Positions 13,571 through 21,864 of a stretch of 25,960 bases of DNA are shown in pieces. Where the stretch lies: contig JAYTDF010000039.1 of assembly GCA_043736035.1 (NCBI GenBank), positions 1 through 25,960 of the forward strand, given 5' to 3'. The position numbers and the translations under genes were made by a program. The DNA comes from Candidatus Parcubacteria bacterium (GTDB lineage: Bacteria; Patescibacteriota; Minisyncoccia; Phycocordibacterales; CAIZLB01). Numbering within the stretch: position 1 is the first letter of the stretch; each line of letters begins with the position of its first letter. The notes below the pieces were generated by a model, which searched no databases, was not told where the DNA came from, and saw nothing but the letters and a program-made list of their open reading frames with translations.

Positions 13571-16216
13571 TTATAGCACTTTTTTAAGATAATGTCCAGT
13601 ATAACTGTTTTTGTTGTTCGCAACCTCTTCCGGTGTTCCTTTGGCTACTATACTTCCCCCCTTATCCCCGCCTTCAGGACCTATATCTATAAGATAATCG
13701 GAACATTTTATCAAATCCATATTGTGCTCTATGACAACTACAGTGTTACCCGCTTGGACCAGTCTTTGTAGTATCTCAATCAATTTTCGTACATCATGAT
13801 AATGAAGTCCTACAGTCGGTTCATCAAGAATATATATAGTTTTTTGTACATGTGGTTTATAGAGCTCAGATGCGATCTTTACACGCTGCGCCTCCCCTCC
13901 CGAGAGAGTAGTTGCCGATTGTCCAAGCTCTAAGTATCCCAAGCCTACTTCTTGTAATGTTCTCACCCTATCATATATCTGTGGCATCTCATCAAAGAAT
14001 AGTACCGCCTCATCAACTGTCATAGTGAGAATGTCATGTATATTTTTATTTTTATACATGATTTCCAATGTCTCCTTCATAAATCTTTTACCATTACACA
14101 CATCACATTGTACATACACTGTTGGCAGGAAATGCATTTCAACCTCTATAGATCCATTTCCTTGGCAGTTTTCACAACGTCCACCTTTTACATTGAATGA
14201 AAATCGTCCAGGACCCCAAGCACGGGATTTGGCTTCTATAGTTTCAGCAAATAGATCTCTGATATGTGTAAAAGCACCTGTATAAGTTGCAGGATTTGAG
14301 CGCGGTGTTCGTCCTATCGGTGACTGATCTATCATGATAGTTCTACCAACATAGTCAGTTCCGGTAAAAGTTGTACAATTATGTATCTGACTTGTTCTAT
14401 GCTCACGATCAAGTTTTCCAAGTAAGTTTTTATACAAAATCTCATGTACAAAAGTTGATTTACCTGAGCCTGATACACCAGTAACAGTGACAAGACGACC
14501 TAGTGGCAAGTCTACGTTTAGGTTTTTTATATTGTTTGCTTTTCCTCCAGATATCTTTATAAAACCTTTATCTTGTGTACGGCGGTGTTTAGGCACCTCA
14601 ACTTCATGAGCACCGCGTAGATAGTCGAGTGTAAGTGAGCCTGTAAAAGAATCTGGGTCGGCATGTTTTTTATTTATAGGAAGTGACTTTATAGGGTCAC
14701 GAAGTAAACTCTCAAGATAACCTTGCACAACCACATTTCCTCCATCTTTTCCCGCTCTTGGACCTATATCAATAAGATAGTCCGAAGCGAGTATAGTATC
14801 CTCATCATGCTCTACAACTATAACAGTGTTGCCCATGTCTTTCAATTGTATAAGTGTTTTAATAAGCTTGTCATTATCTCTTTGATGCAAACCTATGGTT
14901 GGTTCATCAAGTACATACAGCGCCCCAACAAGACCAGAACCTAACTGTGAAGCCAACCTTATACGCTGTGACTCACCACCTGAAAGCGTGTGAGCTCGGC
15001 GATTTAATTGTAAATATTCAAGACCTACCTCTTGCATAAACTCCAGTCGAGACAATATTTCTTTCACCATAACTGTTGATATCGCCTTATCTGTTACTGA
15101 TAATTCTAAAGACAATACATAGTCGATAGCTTCATGAATTGTTTTATTTGTAAAATCAATGATACATGTTTTTCCAGGCATGTATACTTTCAACGCTTCA
15201 GGGCGCAAACGTGCACCGTTACAAATCTTACAGATTCGATTTGTAAAAAAACTATCTGTTCCTAAACCATTACATTCTGGACAAGCACCGTATGGAGAGT
15301 TAAAAGAAAATAGTCTCGGTTCGATCTCAGGAAATGAGAATCCATCGTATGGACACATGAACTTTGACGATATGAGATGTTCTTCTTTGTCTGTATATAT
15401 CCTGAGCAATCCATCCCCTTCTCGTAAGGCTCGTTCAATTGAATCATTTAATCTTTCTTTGAAACTCTGTGACGGTTCATTTATTTCTGATATGTAAAAT
15501 TGATCGATCAAAATGTCGATATCATGTTTTTTTGTTTTTGCTAATTCTATCTTCTCACGTAGTTTGTGTGCCTTTCCATCGATGCGCACTTCTTCAAAAC
15601 CTTTACCCAGATAGTCATACAACATCTGATAATATTCCCCTTTTCGACCAATAACAACAGGTGCATAAATTTTAAAAGTTTCGGAATCAACGTGTACTCC
15701 CATAATTTCTTTTTTATCTTTTAATTCTTTTTTATCAATTGAATTAATAATTGTGTGAATTGTGTCAACAATTTCTTCTTTGGATAATCTTTTTATCTCC
15801 CTATCACAGGTCAAACAATGTGGTTTTCCAACACGGGCATATAAGATACGAAGGTAGTCGTAAATCTCAGTGATTGTTGCAACGGTTGATCGAGGATTAT
15901 TTGATCTTGATTTTTGATCTATAGAAATAGCCGGAGAGAGCCCTGTGATTTCATCAACATCTGGCTTTTGCATTTGTTTTAAAAATTGTCTGGCGTACGA
16001 TGATAAAGACTCCATATATCGTCTTTGCCCTTCAGCAAAGATCGTATCGAAAGCAAGTGATGATTTTCCAGATCCAGATAGGCCTGAGATAACCGTCATC
16101 ATACCACGAGGAATAGACACATCAATACCTTTAAGGTTGTGTGTTCGAGCACCTTTCACCTGGATCATATCTAGGTCTACAGGTGAATTTTTGGTCTTTT
16201 TAGGAACATTCTTCAT
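13571..16216 (-). CDS. uvrA: Excinuclease ABC subunit A
   Basis: Two Walker A motifs (GLSGSGKS, GVSGSGKS), two LSGGE signatures, zinc fingers, EGQRRYMESLS. Confidence 0.99.
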   Translation of the reverse strand: MKNVPKKTKNSPVDLDMIQVKGARTHNLKGIDVSIPRGMMTVISGLSGSGKSSLAFDTIFAEGQRRYMESLSSYARQFLKQMQKPDVDEITGLSPAISIDQKSRSNNPRSTVATITEIYDYLRILYARVGKPHCLTCDREIKRLSKEEIVDTIHTIINSIDKKELKDKKEIMGVHVDSETFKIYAPVVIGRKGEYYQMLYDYLGKGFEEVRIDGKAHKLREKIELAKTKKHDIDILIDQFYISEINEPSQSFKERLNDSIERALREGDGLLRIYTDKEEHLISSKFMCPYDGFSFPEIEPRLFSFNSPYGACPECNGLGTDSFFTNRICKICNGARLRPEALKVYMPGKTCIIDFTNKTIHEAIDYVLSLELSVTDKAISTVMVKEILSRLEFMQEVGLEYLQLNRRAHTLSGGESQRIRLASQLGSGLVGALYVLDEPTIGLHQRDNDKLIKTLIQLKDMGNTVIVVEHDEDTILASDYLIDIGPRAGKDGGNVVVQGYLESLLRDPIKSLPINKKHADPDSFTGSLTLDYLRGAHEVEVPKHRRTQDKGFIKISGGKANNIKNLNVDLPLGRLVTVTGVSGSGKSTFVHEILYKNLLGKLDREHRTSQIHNCTTFTGTDYVGRTIMIDQSPIGRTPRSNPATYTGAFTHIRDLFAETIEAKSRAWGPGRFSFNVKGGRCENCQGNGSIEVEMHFLPTVYVQCDVCNGKRFMKETLEIMYKNKNIHDILTMTVDEAVLFFDEMPQIYDRVRTLQEVGLGYLELGQSATTLSGGEAQRVKIASELYKPHVQKTIYILDEPTVGLHYHDVRKLIEILQRLVQAGNTVVVIEHNMDLIKCSDYLIDIGPEGGDKGGSIVAKGTPEEVANNKNSYTGHYLKKVL

Positions 16217-16257
16217 GTGGTTAAATATATCATAAATTTGAGCAAAATGAAGTATAG

Positions 16258-16292
16258 AAAAAGGACCGCCAACCCTGGGGAGGGTGGGCGGT
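16258..16292 (-). terminator. GC-rich Rho-independent terminator of the adenylate-kinase-like gene
   Basis: GACCGCC..ACCCT/AGGGT..GGCGGTC hairpin with a T-run on the minus strand. Confidence 0.75.
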
Positions 16293-16330
16293 CACAATTG
16301 GTTTTTTAAAGGATTAAAACAGTAGGATCA

Positions 16331-17062
16331 TCATGCAGCAAAGAATTGCCGCATGTGCTTCCGTTGAAAGTCGCGAGCAGCATCCCTGGTGTGGGGACAC
16401 CGATCGATGCGACACTTCAGGATCATGAATCCTGCACACCTTGCTTCACGAAGAACGAGAGGCTCATGTCGGCGGAATTCAGACAGCCGACGCCGGTATA
16501 CATTCGGATCGTTATCCTTACGATCTTTACGATCAGGGTCTTCCAACCCCATCTTGAAACGATCGAAAGCAACCTTGTCACACACCTTGAGGTGAAGCAG
16601 GATTTTAGTGGTGCCGGAATGAATCCCGTCAACCATATGAACCTGCTTGATGCGACGAGGAAACCCGTTCACAAACACGGCTTGATGCCGCTGTTGGTGA
16701 AAGTGTTGGTCAAAATGACCTTGGATAATCTCGAGTGCATCGAGATCGTCGATAAGTGCCCCTTTCTTGGCCTGATCGGCATGATCTGAATTTCCATGTT
16801 GCCGGATCAGGGCTCCCGTATCGATGTGGAATATGGGGCTGGTAGCCTCATCCTCACCGACCAGAGTGTTGACGAATGTGTTCTTACCGCCGCTCGGAGC
16901 AGAGAGAACTGCAATCACCGAACCTAGAGGGATTTGGTAGGTTGCAGATCCAATCTTCGAATAATGACTTTCTTTTGCTGTGTTAGGCACGACTTGATGT
17001 GTTTTGTTTAGTTTTAAGATCTTGAAAATGGGACCACCCAAATCCAAGACTATATCATACAT
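16331..17062 (-). CDS. Divergent adenylate/nucleoside monophosphate kinase-like protein (short LID)
   Basis: LSAPSGGKNT (P-loop variant), HIDTGALIR, GALIDD, NGFPRRIKQ, RKDND...RRRL. Start uncertain (TTG 17041 is an alternative). Confidence 0.7.
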   Translation of the reverse strand: MYDIVLDLGGPIFKILKLNKTHQVVPNTAKESHYSKIGSATYQIPLGSVIAVLSAPSGGKNTFVNTLVGEDEATSPIFHIDTGALIRQHGNSDHADQAKKGALIDDLDALEIIQGHFDQHFHQQRHQAVFVNGFPRRIKQVHMVDGIHSGTTKILLHLKVCDKVAFDRFKMGLEDPDRKDRKDNDPNVYRRRLSEFRRHEPLVLREARCAGFMILKCRIDRCPHTRDAARDFQRKHMRQFFAA

Positions 17063-17064
17063 AG

Positions 17065-17094
17065 AAAAAAGCCCTCGGTCAACCGAGGGCTTTT
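17065..17094 (-). terminator. Rho-independent terminator
   Basis: Perfect 12-bp stem AAAAGCCCTCGG/CCGAGGGCTTTT with a 4-nt loop and a T-run on the minus strand. Confidence 0.8.
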
Positions 17095-17122
17095 GGAATA
17101 ATTACAGTGCATGTTTAGGAGA

Positions 17123-17629
17123 TCAATACCCTTTGTTAATCAACAGAAGCTTATCCATGATCGACTTATTTGGAACGTCTTGATGAATACAGCAGTCAAC
17201 ATTCTGTGCTCGCTCGCCCAGCCTCCATGTATCAAACTGGGATTTACTCACCAGAAGCAACACTCTTAAATCAGACCTTAACTCTTCAAAGTTTGTCATC
17301 AACAAGAAGAAATCATTCAGGTCAAAATTGACTACAAAAACAACTACACCAGGTTTGAAAAACATCGCCTGAGACTGTTTGGTGAAAAAAGCTTCATTCA
17401 TTTCTTCAGGAAGTAGTGTTGAAGATGAAAGAAATTTTTTATAAATACATTCAAAATCAATTACCTCAATATTGTAATTTCTATCAGCATCAATTCCAGA
17501 TAATTGAATTGCGAGTCTGTATGAACTCTTCTGAGCCTTCTCAGAAGAGTCAAAGCGAGGGATAAACACAAGGTGATATGGAGGAGCCTGAGGCACTGGT
17601 ATAAACTCAGTTGATGGTATAATTTTCAT
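17123..17629 (-). CDS. Hypothetical protein, possibly a pseudo-receiver (REC-like) domain
   Basis: 168-aa ORF with its own terminator. The C-terminal half alternates beta/alpha (PGVVVFV, RVLLLVS, DCCIH) like a receiver domain. Confidence 0.45.
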   Translation of the reverse strand: MKIIPSTEFIPVPQAPPYHLVFIPRFDSSEKAQKSSYRLAIQLSGIDADRNYNIEVIDFECIYKKFLSSSTLLPEEMNEAFFTKQSQAMFFKPGVVVFVVNFDLNDFFLLMTNFEELRSDLRVLLLVSKSQFDTWRLGERAQNVDCCIHQDVPNKSIMDKLLLINKGY

Positions 17630-17668
17630 TGGTCATGTTTGGTTCTTACATTTTTCACTATACACTAT

Positions 17669-19708
17669 CTACTTCTTTCCTTCAATCATCTTCCCTATCG
17701 CTTTTATCTCATCTCGAAGTATGGCAGCAGTCTCAAAATCCAGATCCTGGACCGCGATTTCCATATCTCTTTCCTTTCTTTTTAAGATAATTTTTATATC
17801 CTTCTTTTTAATATTCGCCACATTGTCAAGATCGATGTCAATAGATAACATACGCTTCACCGTTTTTTCATGAGTTGATTCAATAGATGAGGTAATATCT
17901 TGAATACTTTTTTTGATTGATCGTGGAGTTATATTATGTTCCTTATTATATGCTTCTTGAATAGTTCTTCTTCTGTTGGTTTCATCAATCGCAAATGTTA
18001 ATGAATCGGTCATATGATCAGCATAGAGGATCACTCTACCATTTAAGTTTCGCGCTGCACGACCTATTGTTTGTATAAGTGCCGTTCTCGAGCGTAGAAA
18101 ACCCTCCTTGTCCGCATCGAGTATTCCGATCAAAGAAACTTCTGGCAAATCTAACCCTTCTCGGAGCAAGTTTACTCCAACCAATACATCAAAATCACCC
18201 CTTCGTAACTCTGTCAATATTTGAATTCTTTCAAGTGTTTCAATATCACTATGTAAATATCTCGTCTTAATATTTTTCTCTTTTAAAAATTCTGACAAAT
18301 CCTCAGCCATTCTTTTTGTCAGAGTTGTTGCCAATGCTCTCTCCCCCTTAGCAACCACTTTTCCAACCTCTTCAATAAAATCATAAATTTGTCCTATATA
18401 TGTATCAGATGCTACTACGGGCTTCACTTCAAGAACAGGATCCACAAGACCTGTTGGACGAATGATTTGTTGAATGATGTTTTTTGGTTCTGTTATTTCA
18501 TATTCATATTTTCCAGGTGTGGCTGATACGTATATCACTTGATCTACCTTCTTTTTAAATTCTTCAAACTTCAGAGGTCTGTTATCGGCAGCTGATGGCA
18601 ATCTAAATCCAAAATCAATAAGATTTTTCTTACGTGAAGCATCTCCTGCATACATCCCACCGATCTGAGGAACTGTCACATGAGACTCATCAATCACAGT
18701 CAAAAAACCATCAGGAAAATATGACAGCAATGTGTCAGGCGCTTCGCCTGTTTTTTTACCTGCAAAATGTCTTGAATAGTTTTCAATACCATTACAATAT
18801 CCTATCTCTTTTATAAGTGCCAGATCATATGTTGTCCTTCTTTTTAATCTTTGGTATTCAACTTCTTTATTTTCGGCTTTTAATTCTTTTAACCGTTCTT
18901 CTAATTCATTTTTTATATCTTCATACGCTCGCAATCTTTCAGCGTCGGATGTCATAAAGTGCTTAGCTGGGAAAATAAACACAGAGTCCATATCCCCATC
19001 TATGATAACTCGAGTGATGTGGTCGATCTTTTCTATACGATCTATAGTATTCATCGAGAAAATCAAGCGATATACAATACGTTCATGGATCGGCATGATT
19101 TCCATATTGTTTCCGACAATGCGAAATTGTCCCTGCCCAAGATCAGCCAGCGTTCTCGAGAATTGCATGTGTATTAATTTTTTCGATATATCCGTTCTGT
19201 CAAACGTTTCACCTTTTCTTATTATAAAATTTGTCTCTTCGTATTCTTTAGGTGAACCCAAACCGTAAATACAAGATACCGATGAGACAATGATAACATC
19301 ATCTCGTGTTAACAGTGCTTGAGTTGAGGCATGGCGAAGCCGATCAATCTCTTCATTGATCTGTGCCTCTTTTTCTATATACGTATCCGAGTGGGACACA
19401 TACGCTTCTGGTTGATAATAGTCATAATAAGATACGAAATAATGAACTTCATTGTCAGGAAAAAATTCTTTAAACTCTTGAGCGAGCTGGGCTGCTAGGG
19501 TTTTATTGTGAGCAATAACCAGTGTTGGTTTTTGAACCTGTTGAATCACATTGGCTATAGTAAATGTTTTACCTGTACCCGTTGCACCCAAAAGAGTTTG
19601 ATTTTTTAAGCCATTTTTAACACCAAGAACCAAAGACTGTATAGCCTTCGGCTGATCTCCTAATGGTCTGTGATCATGTTTTAAATTAAATGCTTTATGA
19701 ATTCTCAT
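17669..19708 (-). CDS. uvrB: Excinuclease ABC subunit B
   Basis: GATGTGKT, HNKTLAAQL, YYDYYQPEAY beta-hairpin, DESH, GINLLREGLD-like motif, LDFETAAILRD. Confidence 0.99.
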   Translation of the reverse strand: MRIHKAFNLKHDHRPLGDQPKAIQSLVLGVKNGLKNQTLLGATGTGKTFTIANVIQQVQKPTLVIAHNKTLAAQLAQEFKEFFPDNEVHYFVSYYDYYQPEAYVSHSDTYIEKEAQINEEIDRLRHASTQALLTRDDVIIVSSVSCIYGLGSPKEYEETNFIIRKGETFDRTDISKKLIHMQFSRTLADLGQGQFRIVGNNMEIMPIHERIVYRLIFSMNTIDRIEKIDHITRVIIDGDMDSVFIFPAKHFMTSDAERLRAYEDIKNELEERLKELKAENKEVEYQRLKRRTTYDLALIKEIGYCNGIENYSRHFAGKKTGEAPDTLLSYFPDGFLTVIDESHVTVPQIGGMYAGDASRKKNLIDFGFRLPSAADNRPLKFEEFKKKVDQVIYVSATPGKYEYEITEPKNIIQQIIRPTGLVDPVLEVKPVVASDTYIGQIYDFIEEVGKVVAKGERALATTLTKRMAEDLSEFLKEKNIKTRYLHSDIETLERIQILTELRRGDFDVLVGVNLLREGLDLPEVSLIGILDADKEGFLRSRTALIQTIGRAARNLNGRVILYADHMTDSLTFAIDETNRRRTIQEAYNKEHNITPRSIKKSIQDITSSIESTHEKTVKRMLSIDIDLDNVANIKKKDIKIILKRKERDMEIAVQDLDFETAAILRDEIKAIGKMIEGKK

Positions 19709-20342
19709 GTATGTTCATTCTACTCTTATTTTTCTTAAATTTGAAGTAATATATACCTGCCAATATAAACAAAATCACCATCATAAATAACCCTATACGC
19801 GACAGAAATAACTCAATCTGTCTGAAATGCTGACCAAAATAAAAACCAACAACTATGTATAAAGTAGACCAAATAAAAGAAGCTAATATATCAAAAAATA
19901 TAAACTTTGAAAACCTCATCGAAATACTTCCTGCAATCAATGAAACAATTGGTCGCATAATGCCAACAAATCTACCTATAAAAATACTTTTAAATCCATG
20001 ATTTGAAAAAAATTTTCTACCATCTTCTATATGCGATGCTTTTAAAAGTTTTTTATGTTTTATCAAAAAAGCAGATCCATATTTACCTAGTATATAACCA
20101 GAAACATCACCCATAATAGATCCAACAGTTGAGGCTAAAATTATCAATGATATATCTATACCCAAACTCGCACCCGAAAATCCAAAAAAAAGTAACAATA
20201 AGGTTCCTGGTGTAATTGCACCTAAAATAGGCAAAGACTCGAACAATGTTACAAAAAATACAATAATAATAAAATATGAAGTAAAAAAATCTGAATTGGC
20301 GTTCAAATATAGTATAAACATGTCGATATAATAGGACAACAT
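19695..20342 (-). CDS. dedA: DedA family membrane protein
   Basis: ESL...TPGT.LL, GD..GY.LG, FF..HG..SIFIGRF..IMR...S.IAG...M.F.KF. Confidence 0.9.
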   Translation of the reverse strand: MLSYYIDMFILYLNANSDFFTSYFIIIVFFVTLFESLPILGAITPGTLLLLFFGFSGASLGIDISLIILASTVGSIMGDVSGYILGKYGSAFLIKHKKLLKASHIEDGRKFFSNHGFKSIFIGRFVGIMRPIVSLIAGSISMRFSKFIFFDILASFIWSTLYIVVGFYFGQHFRQIELFLSRIGLFMMVILFILAGIYYFKFKKNKSRMNIHENS

Positions 20343-21023
20343 TTATTTGTAATTTTTAATGATTACAACAAATTCTCCTTTTAATTTAGTTGAATTATCT
20401 TCATAATATTTTTTAATATTTAAAACCGTGTCAACTTTTATATCTTCATACATTTTTGTAAGTTCGCGACAAACCACCAATTCTTGGTCAGGATTGATGT
20501 CAATCACCTCATCAAGTAATTTCATAAATCGATGTACTGATTCATACAACATTATATTTTTTCTCATCAGAAGCAACTCTCCCAGTATTTTTTTACGTGC
20601 TTTTTTATGAGGCAAAAATCCATAAAACATAAACGGCGACTCTCGTATACCTGAGACAGACATGGATGTTGCAATAGCAGACACACCCGGTATAGGAACA
20701 ATCTCGATATCATGCTTTCGGCAATGAGTAATCAACATGGCTCCAGGATCTGATATACCTGGCGTTCCAGCATCAGATACATATGCAACATCTTTTCCAT
20801 CTTGAATAAATTTTAATATATAGTCAAAATTTTCTTCATCTGAAAACTCATTGATTGATACAATCTGTTTTTTTGGAATTGACAATAGTCCTAAAAGTTT
20901 TGAGGTTACGCGCGTGTCTTCTGCGGCAATAACATCTACTGAAGTCAATGTTGAAATAGCCCGAACTGTTATGTCATCTTTATTTCCTATTGGAGTTGCT
21001 ACTATATATAGTTTTCCTTGCAT
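20343..21023 (-). CDS. rsmI: 16S rRNA (cytidine1402-2'-O)-methyltransferase
   Basis: LYIVATPIGN..DIT.RA, AEDTR, VSDAGTPGISDPG, YESVHR, CRELTKMYE, KGEFV. Confidence 0.96.
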   Translation of the reverse strand: MQGKLYIVATPIGNKDDITVRAISTLTSVDVIAAEDTRVTSKLLGLLSIPKKQIVSINEFSDEENFDYILKFIQDGKDVAYVSDAGTPGISDPGAMLITHCRKHDIEIVPIPGVSAIATSMSVSGIRESPFMFYGFLPHKKARKKILGELLLMRKNIMLYESVHRFMKLLDEVIDINPDQELVVCRELTKMYEDIKVDTVLNIKKYYEDNSTKLKGEFVVIIKNYK

Positions 21024-21032
21024 GTATAATGT

Positions 21033-21839
21033 TTAATACTCTACTGGGATTGATGTAAAACTGTCTCGAGCAACTACCACATGATCAAGTAGTGCTATAC
21101 CTAACACCTTACCGGCTTTAATAATCTGCTCTGTGATGAGTTTATCTGACTCGGATGGAGTTGATATACCAGATGGATGATTGTGTACCAATATAAAAGC
21201 TGCTGCACCGTACTCGATAGCAGGTTTAAACACTTCTCGAGGATGAACAATACTGCTGTTTATCGTACCAATAGACAACACTTCATCATGAATGATTTTA
21301 TTATGTGTGTCGAGATACAATCCTCGTAAATGCTCTTTTGATAAACCATGCATATCTTTAGTGTATTCATACACATCATCTGCTGTGCGAATGGTCTGTA
21401 CACCATTAATATTTTTATCAAATAGTCTTTTACCTAGTTCACCACAGGCAATAATCTGACAGATCTTTGTAATAGGAATATCCAAATCTTGTGATACTTT
21501 TTTTAAGTCTATATTTGGATTTGAAAATATACTTTTACCATACTCTTTCATAACCCTTGAAGACATTGAAAGCACATCTTCTTTTTTGGTCCCTGTCATA
21601 AGAACTATTGACAATAGTTCAGATAAATTCAAAGATTTCACACCCAATTCCAAAAGCTTTTCTCTCGGTTTTTCTTGATCTGGTAAATCTCTTACCTTTA
21701 AAGGATATACTTTTCCAAAAACAGACTTGCTGTTGTAATTGATTTCATTTTCAATAAATACCAAGTCACCATTATATACTTCTACATAAGGAGACTTTAT
21801 TGGTATATTCTTTTTTGTTGATGGTTTTGTATTTGACAC
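21033..21839 (-). CDS. radC: RadC/UPF0758 JAB-domain protein
   Basis: PREKLL..G...L...ELL, EH...LYLD..N, GTINSSIVHPREVFK, HNHPSG..TPSESD, LDHVVV. Confidence 0.93.
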   Translation of the reverse strand: MSNTKPSTKKNIPIKSPYVEVYNGDLVFIENEINYNSKSVFGKVYPLKVRDLPDQEKPREKLLELGVKSLNLSELLSIVLMTGTKKEDVLSMSSRVMKEYGKSIFSNPNIDLKKVSQDLDIPITKICQIIACGELGKRLFDKNINGVQTIRTADDVYEYTKDMHGLSKEHLRGLYLDTHNKIIHDEVLSIGTINSSIVHPREVFKPAIEYGAAAFILVHNHPSGISTPSESDKLITEQIIKAGKVLGIALLDHVVVARDSFTSIPVEY

Positions 21840-21864
21840 GTATGTATTATAACACGGTAGTCAA

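Noticed and set aside
21033-21839. radC as a marker of a mobile or anti-restriction element
   Set aside because: It is the full-length HhH+JAB chromosomal type, flanked by housekeeping genes, with no mobility genes nearby.
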